A stretch of 39,283 bases of DNA from an uncultured Anaerolineaceae bacterium (GCA_964570745.1 CAZMZQ010000002.1:1-39283); one strand, 5' to 3'. Positions 8,981-18,896 are shown, numbered from the stretch's first letter. The notes: generated by a model not told the origin, from the sequence alone. Program-made: numbers and translations.

Positions 8981-10357
8981 ATGAGCGAATATCCTGACGA
9001 GATCCCTGAGCTGGAAGAACAATTCACCTACAGCGAAAAATTGCTCTTCGACCGCGAAATGGAAGAGGCATTGATTGGCGCTGTTTTGATCAACCCTGAG
9101 ATTTTGGTCGAGGTAGTCTCTTTCTTAAACCCGGAAGATTTTTATTTAAAAAGACACCAATGGATCTGGGAAGCCTTCATATCGCTTGACCAGGAAAAAC
9201 ACTACCTTGACTTGCTCACGGTTAAAGACGTCCTTGACTCGCGCGAACAATTGGAAGATGTGGGTGGGCTGGACTATCTGATCAAGCTGAGCAACCGTGT
9301 TCCCAGCTCTTTGCATGCGCTTTCTTATGCACGCACGATTAGCGAGCTCAAAACCCGTCGTCGTCTAACCGAATCTGCCCAGGCGATCGCAAAACTGGCT
9401 TATCACAAAGAGATGAGCCTTGATGCGGTGATTGATGAAGCTGAAAAGTCAATTTTCAACGTTAGTGAAAATCGCTACAAGCGCGACCTGGTACCGATCG
9501 GAGATGTCGCCAGCGAATACCTGGCAAGAGTAACTGAGGCAAGCTCAAACGAAGAAGAAATCGGCGGCTTGAAAACCGGGTTGAAATCTGTTGATAACAT
9601 TCTTGATGGTCTGCACAAGTCTGACTTTATCATCGTGGCAGGCAGACCGGGCATGGGTAAGACAGGCTTTCTGATCGGGATAGCCAAACATGTGGGCATG
9701 GTATTAAGGCGTAATGTCGCAATGTTTTCAATCGAAATGGCAGCCGAGCAGCTATTGCAGCGTATGCTCGCCCAGGAAACTGAGATCGACTCGCAAAAAC
9801 TGCGTTCCGGTCGTTTTTCTGACCAGGAAGCTGAAATGCTGACCCGCACCATCACCAAGTTTGAACATACCAACATCTATATCGACGACACCCCCGGCAT
9901 CACCCCGCTGCAAATGAGCGCAAAATGTCGGCGTTTGAAAGACGAACACAGTCTCGACCTGGTAATTGTCGACTATCTGCAGCTTATGTCCGGAGACCGC
10001 CGGACTGAAAACCGGGTGCAAGAAGTTTCGTACATCTCGCGTCAACTAAAAATCCTGGCGCGCGACCTCGACGTGCCGGTAATGGCAGCAGCCCAGCTTT
10101 CTCGCGCTGTCGAACAGCGCCAGGACAAACAGCCCATTCTCTCAGACCTGCGTGAATCCGGCTCGCTTGAGCAGGATGCTGATATCGTCATGTTTATCAA
10201 CCGACCGTTTATGGATGACATAGACAGCCCATATCACAACATAGCAAAACTTGCCGTTGCCAAACATCGAAACGGACCGGTTCATTCCGGCATTGAGTTG
10301 GTTTTCCTGGACCGCCTGGCACAATTTAAAGATAAAGCATACATTGATAAAAAGTGA
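8981..10357 (+). CDS. dnaB: Replicative DNA helicase DnaB
   Basis: N-terminal DnaB domain (EEALIGAVLINPE), Walker A GRPGMGKTGF, Walker B LVIVDYLQLM, SGSLEQDADIV and KHRNGP motifs. Confidence 0.95.
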   Translation: MSEYPDEIPELEEQFTYSEKLLFDREMEEALIGAVLINPEILVEVVSFLNPEDFYLKRHQWIWEAFISLDQEKHYLDLLTVKDVLDSREQLEDVGGLDYLIKLSNRVPSSLHALSYARTISELKTRRRLTESAQAIAKLAYHKEMSLDAVIDEAEKSIFNVSENRYKRDLVPIGDVASEYLARVTEASSNEEEIGGLKTGLKSVDNILDGLHKSDFIIVAGRPGMGKTGFLIGIAKHVGMVLRRNVAMFSIEMAAEQLLQRMLAQETEIDSQKLRSGRFSDQEAEMLTRTITKFEHTNIYIDDTPGITPLQMSAKCRRLKDEHSLDLVIVDYLQLMSGDRRTENRVQEVSYISRQLKILARDLDVPVMAAAQLSRAVEQRQDKQPILSDLRESGSLEQDADIVMFINRPFMDDIDSPYHNIAKLAVAKHRNGPVHSGIELVFLDRLAQFKDKAYIDKK

Positions 10358-10358
10358 T

Positions 10359-11042
10359 GTGGCGAACGGTGTGAAAAGTAAATTTTCAGATAAAACGGTC
10401 AGCGTCAACCTTCCAGTCGATTTTTTCAAAGTTGCTTCTGGTTTGAGCCGTGATGCCCTGTTGGTTTTGTTGGGATATTTCCAGTTTATGTCCGAACAGG
10501 AAAGAGACAGCCAGCTTTGCGAAGCTTTCGACCTCGAGAATTATCTACCGGTAGACTGGACAGAAACACAAATCAGTTTTGCGTCAGCTCTGGATGAGCT
10601 TGACCGGGGCGGGGCGCTTTTTGTTTTCAGCAGCCCGGAGACGCCTGAAAGAAAATATCTTTTACCGGGCACTGATGCCGGGGCAAGCCTGCTGCATTCA
10701 CTTCAAGAGCAGCCGTCACTTTTGACAAACCTGTCTTTGGCAACAGCCCTGCCAACACCAGCCAAGCCAAATGTGTTTCGGCTATACGAAGAAAATATCG
10801 GTCCCCTGACCGCTTATTCCGCAGAGTTATTGAGAGATGCAGCGGAAACCTATACTGAGGAATGGCTGGAAGACGCAATCAAAGAAGCTGTGCATTACAA
10901 TGCCCGCAACTGGAAGTATATCCAGGCAATTTTGCGCAATTGGCAGGAAAAAGGACGAAAGAGGAGCAATGAAGAAGATAAACGAGATCTCGAATCCTTT
11001 AGGAAACTCTACCTCGATCAAAAACGAGAGCTCGGTACCTGA
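10359..11042 (+). CDS. DnaD-domain replication initiation / helicase-loading accessory protein
   Basis: C-terminal DnaD/DnaB_2 motif (FRLYEENIGPLT...AVHYNARNWKYIQAILRNWQEKG). Start is uncertain: GTG 10359 or 10371, just after the dnaB stop. The ORF-track start at 10251 overlaps dnaB. Confidence 0.7.
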   Translation: MANGVKSKFSDKTVSVNLPVDFFKVASGLSRDALLVLLGYFQFMSEQERDSQLCEAFDLENYLPVDWTETQISFASALDELDRGGALFVFSSPETPERKYLLPGTDAGASLLHSLQEQPSLLTNLSLATALPTPAKPNVFRLYEENIGPLTAYSAELLRDAAETYTEEWLEDAIKEAVHYNARNWKYIQAILRNWQEKGRKRSNEEDKRDLESFRKLYLDQKRELGT

Positions 11043-12363
11043 AGCTAACCCAGACGTTTCTGAACCGACTCCTACATACTACGGACCGGGAGACCCAAAT
11101 TGTCCGGTTTGTTTTGGGGTTGGTTTTGTCGGCTATGATGTTCCGGTGGAAGATCCGCGTTTCGGACGCAGCGAAATTTGTGTCTGCCGGCTCAGGCAGG
11201 TTCAATCCCAGCAGCAGGATCACCTTTATCAACTCAGCAATCTCGGGGCGCTCAGCGACCTGACATTTGAAAACTTTTTGCCACGCGGAAGGTTTGGTCT
11301 GGGGCTTTCACAGGCGAATTCTTTGGAACAGGCTTATAACACAGCTGTGAATTTTGCTGGTGCACAAACAGGCTGGCTGCTACTCACAGGACGATATGGA
11401 TCAGGCAAAACCCACCTCGCAGCTGCCATCGCCAACCAGTCTGTCAGGATGGGAACTCCCACAATATTTTTGACTGTTCCTGATCTGCTGGACTGGCTGC
11501 GTTTCTCTTTCTCCTCCGGGTCTGATTTGAGCTACGAAGAACGCTTCAACGAAATTCGCAACGCACCTCTGCTGGTTATGGATGATTTTGGCACACAGAG
11601 CACAACCGCCTGGGCAGAAGAAAAACTGTTCCAAATCATCAATTCACGCTATATCAATCATATGCCGACAGTAATCACCAGCAACGTTGATCTTTCCGAA
11701 TTTGAAGGCCGTATTCGCTCACGTTTGAGCGACCCTGAATTGGTAAGTCACGTCCATATCCTGGCACCAGATTTCCGCAATCCGACTGACGAGTTTGGGC
11801 ATCCTGAACTTTCCAGCCTAAACCTGCACTCCCGACAAACTTTTGGCAATTTTAGTTTCAGGCAAAACGAAGGGCTGCCCAAAGAGGATATCACCTCCCT
11901 CTCTGATGCGTTCAAAATCGCACAGGAATTTGCTGAGAATCCGAAAGGCTGGATCAGTATTCACGGCTCTTATGGCTGCGGCAAAACCCACCTGGCTGCC
12001 GCAATCGGCAATTACCAGGCTTCCAGGGGAATGCCGCCTTTATTCGTGGTTGTGCCGGACTTGTTGGATTACCTCAGGGCAGCCTTTGCTCCAAACAGCG
12101 GCATTAGCCTGGATAAGCGCTTTAATGAAATCCGCACAGCGAGACTGCTGATTTTGGATGATCTGGGCACGCAATCTGCCACTCCCTGGGCACGTGAAAA
12201 ACTCTACCAGTTGTTTAATTATCGCTATAATGCTGAGCTCCCCACCGTGGTGACTTCGTCAGCCCTTCCTGATGAACTTGATCAAAGGCTATTCAGCCGG
12301 CTTTCAGACAAACGGTTATGCCGTTTGATCTTTATTTCTGCCCCGGGATACACTGGCAAATGA
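10969..12363 (+). CDS. DnaC/DnaI-like helicase loader with two tandem AAA+ modules and an N-terminal Cys cluster
   Basis: GAGGAG RBS precedes ATG 10969. There are two Walker A sites (GRYGSGKTHLAAAIAN; GSYGCGKTHLAAAIGN) and two Walker B sites (LLVMDDFG; LLILDDLG). The N-terminus carries CPVC...CVC. Confidence 0.85.
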   Translation: MKKINEISNPLGNSTSIKNESSVPEANPDVSEPTPTYYGPGDPNCPVCFGVGFVGYDVPVEDPRFGRSEICVCRLRQVQSQQQDHLYQLSNLGALSDLTFENFLPRGRFGLGLSQANSLEQAYNTAVNFAGAQTGWLLLTGRYGSGKTHLAAAIANQSVRMGTPTIFLTVPDLLDWLRFSFSSGSDLSYEERFNEIRNAPLLVMDDFGTQSTTAWAEEKLFQIINSRYINHMPTVITSNVDLSEFEGRIRSRLSDPELVSHVHILAPDFRNPTDEFGHPELSSLNLHSRQTFGNFSFRQNEGLPKEDITSLSDAFKIAQEFAENPKGWISIHGSYGCGKTHLAAAIGNYQASRGMPPLFVVVPDLLDYLRAAFAPNSGISLDKRFNEIRTARLLILDDLGTQSATPWAREKLYQLFNYRYNAELPTVVTSSALPDELDQRLFSRLSDKRLCRLIFISAPGYTGK

Positions 12364-12462
12364 GCCCTGCTTAGAGCCTCACTTTTATTAGGTATAATAA
12401 ACAATTGTGTAAATTAAAGAATTTGCGGTTATTTGACCGTGTAAATACAGGAGAATTAATTA

Positions 12463-14637
12463 ATGCCGAACAAGATTATTCGCGTTTACCAAAACACTTT
12501 TGACTTGCCTTATCGAATCAAACGCCTTGCTGACATCGCCCACAACTTATGGTGGGTGGGCAACCCCGAAGTTGCGCGGTTATTCAAAGAAGTTCATGCG
12601 CTTAAATGGCGCCTGTCCAATCACAACCCGGTTGCCTTCCTGCGCTCAATAGACAAAAGCAGGTTTGAAGACCTGATTAAAGACCGTTATTTCCTTGACC
12701 GTTATGACCAGATTGTTCGTCAGTTCGATGAATATATGAACAAAAAAGAAACATGGACCAACAATAATTTTGAATATTCAAAGGAAGATAAGATTGGATA
12801 TTTTTCCTTTGAATATGGCTTACACGAATCTCTTATGGTCTATGCCGGGGGGCTGGGCATCCTTTCCGGTGACCACCTGAAAGAAGCCAGCGACCTGGGT
12901 TTGCCCATGGTGGCAGTGGGCTTTTTATATACCTATGGTTACTTTTCACAACACATCACGGAAGACGGCTGGCAGGAAGCACATAACGTTCAGATCAAAT
13001 TCAGCGAATTGCCAATCGTTGAGCTTTACGATGAAAACCATGAACCTATAAAAATCTCTATTGAACTGCCGGGCAGAATGCTTTATGCCAGGCTTTACGA
13101 ATTGCAGGTCGGACGAGTTCCTTTGGTGCTGCTGCAAACCAACATTCCCGAAAACAATCCACAGGACCGTGAACTGACTGACAAGCTTTACATCAGCGAC
13201 CCTGAACTGCGAATCTCCCAGGAGATGCTGCTTGGGATTGGCGGTTTACGTGCCCTTGAACGGCTTGGACATAAACCTGTGATCTTCCATATGAATGAAG
13301 GTCATTCGGCTTTTCTGACTCTCGAACGGATGCGCCAGCTGATCGAACAAGGTCACACACTTGAAGAAGCAAAAGAGATTGTCAGCAAATCGAGCATTTT
13401 CACCACCCACACACCTGTCCCCGCAGGAAACGACGAGTTTCCAACCTGGCTGGTCGATAAATATTTCGCCAATTATTGGGGTTCACTCGGTCTGGACCGT
13501 GATCAGTTCATGGATTTAGCCAAGATAAAAAATGACTGGTCTGATGAGGTATTCAGCATGCCTGTTTTGGCTCTGCGGTTATCAAATTATCGCAACGGGG
13601 TTTCAAAATTGCATGGGGCTGTCTCACGCAGCATGTGGCAATATCTCTGGCCCGGCAAGAGCGTGGAAGAAGTGCCGATCTCTTATATCACCAATGGTGT
13701 TCACACCGGAACCTGGTTGGCTCGCAGATTGGCTGGTTTGTATGATCAATACCTGGACGAAGATTGGAGAGACAGGCTTGATGACCAGGAATTGTGGGAC
13801 CAGGTCGAATCGATTCCGGATAATGAACTCTGGCAGGTCCGAATTCACCTGAAACGGAAATTGGTCAGCTATATGGTCGCCAGGGCGCGCCACGAATGGG
13901 AGGCAGATAATGTTCATCCTGTACAAACTGTTGCCAGTGGTGTTTTATTAGATCCGCTTGCACTTACGATTGGTTTTGCCCGCAGGTTTGCAACTTATAA
14001 GCGTGCCAACCTGGTCTTCAGGGATTATGAACGGTTGATGAATATCGTTACTAACGAAGAAAACCCAGTTCAGATCATTTTCGCCGGAAAAGCTCACCCT
14101 GCTGACGAACCTGGTAAACGTCTGATACAGGAAGTATATCGACATGTTAAAAATTCTCGCAACGGCGGTCGCCTGGTATTCTTGGACGATTATGATATGG
14201 ACATGGCTCGTCACCTGGTGCAAGGAGTTGATGTCTGGCTCAATACACCGCGCCGCCCTCGTGAAGCATCGGGGACCAGCGGTATGAAAGCAGGCATGAA
14301 CGGAACGCTCAACTTCTCCGTTCTCGATGGTTGGTGGGCTGAAGGCTACAACGGTCGCAATGGATGGGCAATTGGAGATAAAACCGATTACGACGATCAG
14401 GACTTGCAGGATGAGACTGACGCCTTGAGTTTCTACGAAACCCTCGAAAATGAAATTGTGCCGCTTTATTACTCCAAACGTTCTGCAGATGGTCTGCCCG
14501 GTCCATGGATTGAACAGATCAAGGAATGTATCAGAACCGTATCGCCTGCTTTTTCGATGTGCAGAATGGTGAAGGAATATGCAACCGAGCTTTATGAGCC
14601 TGCCCGGTTAACAGCATTGAACGAAAAAGGCAAATAG
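12463..14637 (+). CDS. glgP: Alpha-glucan (glycogen/maltodextrin) phosphorylase, GT35
   Basis: GGLGILSGDHLKEASDLG N-terminal motif and PLP-lysine region EASGTSGMKAGMNG. AGGAGA RBS. Confidence 0.92.
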   Translation: MPNKIIRVYQNTFDLPYRIKRLADIAHNLWWVGNPEVARLFKEVHALKWRLSNHNPVAFLRSIDKSRFEDLIKDRYFLDRYDQIVRQFDEYMNKKETWTNNNFEYSKEDKIGYFSFEYGLHESLMVYAGGLGILSGDHLKEASDLGLPMVAVGFLYTYGYFSQHITEDGWQEAHNVQIKFSELPIVELYDENHEPIKISIELPGRMLYARLYELQVGRVPLVLLQTNIPENNPQDRELTDKLYISDPELRISQEMLLGIGGLRALERLGHKPVIFHMNEGHSAFLTLERMRQLIEQGHTLEEAKEIVSKSSIFTTHTPVPAGNDEFPTWLVDKYFANYWGSLGLDRDQFMDLAKIKNDWSDEVFSMPVLALRLSNYRNGVSKLHGAVSRSMWQYLWPGKSVEEVPISYITNGVHTGTWLARRLAGLYDQYLDEDWRDRLDDQELWDQVESIPDNELWQVRIHLKRKLVSYMVARARHEWEADNVHPVQTVASGVLLDPLALTIGFARRFATYKRANLVFRDYERLMNIVTNEENPVQIIFAGKAHPADEPGKRLIQEVYRHVKNSRNGGRLVFLDDYDMDMARHLVQGVDVWLNTPRRPREASGTSGMKAGMNGTLNFSVLDGWWAEGYNGRNGWAIGDKTDYDDQDLQDETDALSFYETLENEIVPLYYSKRSADGLPGPWIEQIKECIRTVSPAFSMCRMVKEYATELYEPARLTALNEKGK

Positions 14638-14650
14638 AAAGCGGCGTAAT

Positions 14651-15193
14651 ATGGCTGATTTATTTACATGGCAAACTCTTGCCACTACTTTACTGATTTT
14701 CTTTGTAAGAGTTTTATCCATTTCGATGGATACCCTGCGCTTCATGCTCACAATGCGCGGAAAACGAGGAATATCCTGGATATTGGGTTTCTGCGAATCC
14801 GTCTTATTCGTGTTGACTGTCGGGGTTGTTTTGAATGACTTATCCAACTTCCTTTATACAATTGGTTATGCAGCTGGTTATGCTACCGGCAACGTGGTGG
14901 GCATGTACGTAGAAAGAAAAATAGCGGTAGGTTTTTCGCACCTCAGCATAATCAGTAAAACCTGTGGCAAGGAGATAGTAAAATCTTTGCGTGACCATGA
15001 TTTTGCTGTCACTGAAATTCCTGCCCAGGGAAAGGACGGTCCGGTTTGGATTAGCGACCTGTCAGTCCGCCGAAAAGATATCAGCACAATAGAAAGAATT
15101 GTCAAGGAAATCGATTCAGATGCTTTTATTACCATCGAAGAGGTAACACCGCTGCGTGCTGGTTACTGGGGCAGGCAAAATGTCAGGAGATAA
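14651..15193 (+). CDS. UPF0316/DUF2179 family membrane protein
   Basis: Three N-terminal TM helices with the ISMDTLRFMLTMRGKR motif and a C-terminal DUF2179-like soluble domain. Confidence 0.7.
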   Translation: MADLFTWQTLATTLLIFFVRVLSISMDTLRFMLTMRGKRGISWILGFCESVLFVLTVGVVLNDLSNFLYTIGYAAGYATGNVVGMYVERKIAVGFSHLSIISKTCGKEIVKSLRDHDFAVTEIPAQGKDGPVWISDLSVRRKDISTIERIVKEIDSDAFITIEEVTPLRAGYWGRQNVRR

Positions 15194-15848
15194 TTCAGGT
15201 AAAAAATGCCTGATCTTCGATTTTGACGGGTTGATCCTGGACACTGAAACATCTGAAATCCGGATATGGCAAGAGCTTTATACCCAGGTTGGCTTGACCT
15301 TTGATCTGAAGGCTCATCTTGAGGTAATCGGCTCGGATATTCCTCACGCAATACACCCAGTACAGCCTTTGGCAAATCGTGATGGCGAGACGCGCACCTT
15401 TGAGCAGATTCGCAGAGATTTTCACCAAAAAGCTTACAAGCGTGCTGAAAAGCTGGATGCGATGGAAGGTGTTGTGGAGCTGATTGACCGTGCAAAAGCA
15501 AATGGATACCTCCTGGCGGTTGGCTCAAGCTCGCCGTTTAATTGGGTTCACACACATCTGACCCGCCTGGAGCTTATCGATAAACTTGATACACTCGTGA
15601 CTCTTGAAAACGTTGAAAAAGCAAAACCAGCACCAGATATCTTTTTAAAAGTGTTGGAAAACCTGGGTGTTCCAGCAAGAAACGCCCTTATTCTCGAGGA
15701 TTCGGAAAATGGGGTAATGGCAGCCCACCGTGCTGGTATCCGTGTGATAGCCATCCCCAACTCAACCACTTTACACATGGATTTTTCTCTTGCCACTGCG
15801 GTGTTGCCCTCTCTGGTGCAATTCGATCCCGATTTATACTTTTTGTAG
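15180..15848 (+). CDS. HAD-superfamily hydrolase (beta-phosphoglucomutase/phosphatase-like)
   Basis: Motif I FDFDGLILDTE, motif II VGSSS, motif IV EDSENGVMAAHRAG. Start taken at ATG 15180. Confidence 0.85.
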   Translation: MSGDNSGKKCLIFDFDGLILDTETSEIRIWQELYTQVGLTFDLKAHLEVIGSDIPHAIHPVQPLANRDGETRTFEQIRRDFHQKAYKRAEKLDAMEGVVELIDRAKANGYLLAVGSSSPFNWVHTHLTRLELIDKLDTLVTLENVEKAKPAPDIFLKVLENLGVPARNALILEDSENGVMAAHRAGIRVIAIPNSTTLHMDFSLATAVLPSLVQFDPDLYFL

Positions 15849-15978
15849 CATAGGTGCGACCGACTGATCCATTTTTTCTCATAGGTGAGGGCCAGGTCGA
15901 ATTGTCAGCGGAAGGGGTATGCATAATTCGCCAGCCTGGCAAGCCCTGTCCCAATGGAGGAATTGATTGAATAAAGCA

Positions 15979-16204
15979 GCACGGACGGGGTTTATCTCCA
16001 GTCCGAGAGCGATCATCTGATCAAATCATTGGTGGACGTATAGAAGGCTCATGCAAACAAAACCCGTACGGACAGGGTTTATCTCCGTCCGAAAACGTTC
16101 ACCCAATCAGACTATTGTCGGACAGAGTCAAGTTTTATTGGATTAATTGCGTATGCGGACAGGGACATACCTTGCTGCGCAGGCACAGGGCCCTGTCCGT
16201 ACGG
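15979..16204. repeat. Cluster of REP-like palindromic repeats (core CGTACGGACAGGG)
   Basis: Two ~38-nt direct copies: ACGGAC(A)GGGTTTATCTCC(A)GTCCGAnAnCGnTCAnC at 15981-16018 and 16068-16104. A third half-copy GTCGGACAGAG lies at 16118-16128. An inverted pair CGGACAGGG (16156-16164) / CCCTGTCCG (16191-16199) is also present. Confidence 0.75.
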
Positions 16205-16407
16205 ATGTTAGTCGAGGAGTTTGAAGGTGAGGAGTTGGTTGCGGTAGTATTCATATTGTTTGCGGCGAGTGGCGATTTCGGCAGGCACTCATAGCACCAG
16301 GGACCTCATTCCCCTTTATTTCGAGGATCCTCGTAATGCAGCCGGGAATTGAGGACTTTCTTGTACTATAATTTACCCAGAAGACAAAACGAAAGGGCAA
16401 TGGAATC

Positions 16408-18888
16408 ATGGAAATCGATCCTTCTGAATTTTATTTTGGCAATACTTACGACTTAAAAAACCAGGCTATCATCCCTGATAAACTGACCTATTACAACCCA
16501 CAAGACCTTACAACGCACATGGTGATCACTGGTATGACCGGCTCGGGCAAGACAGGGATGGGGATCATCCTCCTTGAAGAGGCTGCCCTCAAGGGCATCC
16601 CTGCGATCCTGGTTGACCCTAAAGGCGACCTGACTAACCACCTCCTGCATTTTCCGGATTTCTTGCCGGGCGATTTTGAACCCTGGGTGGATGCTGACGC
16701 AGCTAAACGTGAGGGCCAGACGGTAGAGCAGGCGGCTGAAGCTGCTGCTGCTTCCTGGAAAAAGGGCACAGAACGCTCGGGTATTGATAGAACCCGTATG
16801 GAGAAGTTAGCGCAAAGTGTCGATTATGCTGTTTATACCCCTGGCTCCGATTCAGCCATCCCAATCAGCATTCTTTCTTCTCTCAAAGCACCCCAAATCA
16901 GTTGGGACGAAAATAAAGAGATGCTGCGCGAAGCGATCAGCAGTACGGTCACCGCTCTGCTTGGATTGGTCGGTTTTAAAGATATTGACCCGGTACGCTC
17001 ACGCGAACACATCTTGTTATCGAATATTTTCGAACATTCCTGGAGTGACAAAAAAGATCTCGATCTCGAAAGCCTGATTTTGCAGGTGCAAAACCCACCT
17101 TTTGAGAAACTGGGTGTTTTCCCGGTCGCCAAATTTTATCCTGAAAAAGACCGCTTTGATCTGGCAATGCTATTGAACAACTTTATTGCCGCACCCTCAT
17201 TTGAGAGTTGGCTCGAAGGTCAGCCTCTGGATATTCAGAACCTGCTCTATTCCCCGGATGGCAAACCCAGGCACAGTATCTTTTACCTCGCCCACCTGGC
17301 GGATGCAGAGCGGATGTTCTTCATCACCTTGCTTTATTCTGCCATTGAAACCTGGATGCGAACAAAATCTGGCACCAGCGACCTTCGCGCATTGGTCTAT
17401 TTTGACGAGATCGTCGGTTATTTACCGCCGGTTGCCAACCCACCCAGCAAGCCGATCATTCTACGCATGCTCAAACAAGCACGCGCTTTCGGCGTAGGTT
17501 TGGTACTTTCCACTCAAAACCCGATTGACCTGGACTATAAAGCCCTTTCCAATGCCGGCACCTGGGTTATCGGCAAACTGCAAACCGACCAGGACAAGCA
17601 GCGCCTGCTCGACGGGCTTACCAATGTTTCCGGAACTTTCGACCGCCCCTATTTCGACAACACGATCTCCTCGCTTGGAAAACGAGTATTCCTGCTTCAT
17701 AATGTCCACGCCAAAGGTCCCGAGATCTTCACTACCCGCTGGGCGATGAACTATCTGGCTGGTCCGATAACGCGCAACAAGCTGCAGGATCTCAACCGCC
17801 TGGTTGGAGCTGATGTGCGTCTAGTATCAGCCGCGCTTAATGGCTCCGGGCAATCTGTTTCAGCTGCCGATGTGGTTGGCGGAGGCAGTGCAGACCTCCC
17901 CGGGAAATCGACCCAACCGGTGTTGGGCTCGAAGGTTAATGTCTTCTATCTGCCTATCAGATTGAGCCCTGGAGATGCCTACAAGCAGGCAGCCGACCGG
18001 GGTATCGCTCCAACCACACAGCCGCTCTACCACTATCGACCAACCCTGGTTGGGCAAGCTCAGGTCTGGTTTGCAAACCGTACCTACAACGTCAATACTC
18101 AAAAAGGGATAACCGTATTGATACCGGACTTGGAAAACCGTGGACTTGTGCAGTGGCAGGATTACCAGGTTGATGAAATCCAGGCAAATGAATTTGACCG
18201 GGGTCCTTTGCCCGGCGCAACCTTTGCAGACTTGGTCTATCCCTTTACTGACGAGAAGAACGTAAGCAGCTTATCCAGCGATTTTGCTGACTGGCTATAT
18301 CGCAACTACCAGATAACGCTATATCGAAATCCGGATCTTAAACTGGTTTCAGAAGTTGACGAAAGCAAAGAAGATTTTATTGCCCGAACTCAAGTTGCGG
18401 GCAATACCAATCTTTCTGCTGGTGTCGGAGCGATTGAGGAGAAGTATGCGAAGCAAAAGAAGACGATTGAAAACAAGCTGGTCAAAGAAGAATTGGAGCT
18501 TGAAAGAGACAAACAAACTCTCAACCATCGTCGTCTTGAAGAGGCAGGTACGGGACTGCAAACAGTTGTCAGCCTGCTTGGCGGAAGAAAGAAAAGCATA
18601 AGCTCATCTCTCACCAAACGGCGTATGACTGCCACCGCAAAGGAGAATGTCGCAGAATCAGAAGTTATGATCGCACGCTATAAATCCGAACTGGCGGAAC
18701 TGGATGCGAAGATGAAGATTGAAATCGATGAATTTAAGGCCAACGCTGAAGGGAAGGCTGTTGAGCTCCAGGAGATTTTCATCAAGCCGCTTAAAAAGGA
18801 CGTGGTCGTTGAATACTTTGGTCTCGCCTGGGCACCGGTATATGCTTTCAAAGACGGAGACCGCTGGCTCGAAATAGACGCTTTTTAG
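16408..18888 (+). CDS. HerA/FtsK-superfamily P-loop ATPase (DUF853/DUF87-like) with long C-terminal extension
   Basis: Walker A GMTGSGKTG followed by ILVDPKGDL, and Walker B ALVYFDEIVGY, resemble YjgR/HerA-like proteins. The C-terminal ~350 aa include a K/E-rich coiled coil. Confidence 0.75.
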   Translation: MEIDPSEFYFGNTYDLKNQAIIPDKLTYYNPQDLTTHMVITGMTGSGKTGMGIILLEEAALKGIPAILVDPKGDLTNHLLHFPDFLPGDFEPWVDADAAKREGQTVEQAAEAAAASWKKGTERSGIDRTRMEKLAQSVDYAVYTPGSDSAIPISILSSLKAPQISWDENKEMLREAISSTVTALLGLVGFKDIDPVRSREHILLSNIFEHSWSDKKDLDLESLILQVQNPPFEKLGVFPVAKFYPEKDRFDLAMLLNNFIAAPSFESWLEGQPLDIQNLLYSPDGKPRHSIFYLAHLADAERMFFITLLYSAIETWMRTKSGTSDLRALVYFDEIVGYLPPVANPPSKPIILRMLKQARAFGVGLVLSTQNPIDLDYKALSNAGTWVIGKLQTDQDKQRLLDGLTNVSGTFDRPYFDNTISSLGKRVFLLHNVHAKGPEIFTTRWAMNYLAGPITRNKLQDLNRLVGADVRLVSAALNGSGQSVSAADVVGGGSADLPGKSTQPVLGSKVNVFYLPIRLSPGDAYKQAADRGIAPTTQPLYHYRPTLVGQAQVWFANRTYNVNTQKGITVLIPDLENRGLVQWQDYQVDEIQANEFDRGPLPGATFADLVYPFTDEKNVSSLSSDFADWLYRNYQITLYRNPDLKLVSEVDESKEDFIARTQVAGNTNLSAGVGAIEEKYAKQKKTIENKLVKEELELERDKQTLNHRRLEEAGTGLQTVVSLLGGRKKSISSSLTKRRMTATAKENVAESEVMIARYKSELAELDAKMKIEIDEFKANAEGKAVELQEIFIKPLKKDVVVEYFGLAWAPVYAFKDGDRWLEIDAF

Positions 18889-18896
18889 CTATAAAA

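Noticed and set aside
10251-10358. ORF-track start of the DnaD-like gene inside dnaB. The same applies to 10837-10968 for the loader gene.
   Set aside because: The extensions overlap upstream genes by more than 100 nt with odd composition. Internal starts (GTG 10359, and ATG 10969 with GAGGAG) give compact coupled genes.
15979-16204. Possible CRISPR array, because of repeated ~38-nt units.
   Set aside because: There are only two full direct copies, they are imperfect and unevenly spaced, and inverted copies are mixed in. No cas genes are present. The pattern fits REP/MITE-like repeats better.
16367-16372. TATAAT hexamer upstream of the HerA-like gene as its promoter.
   Set aside because: No acceptable -35 at 16-18 nt spacing (TTGAGG is only 12 nt away) and no TG extension. 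It is left unannotated.
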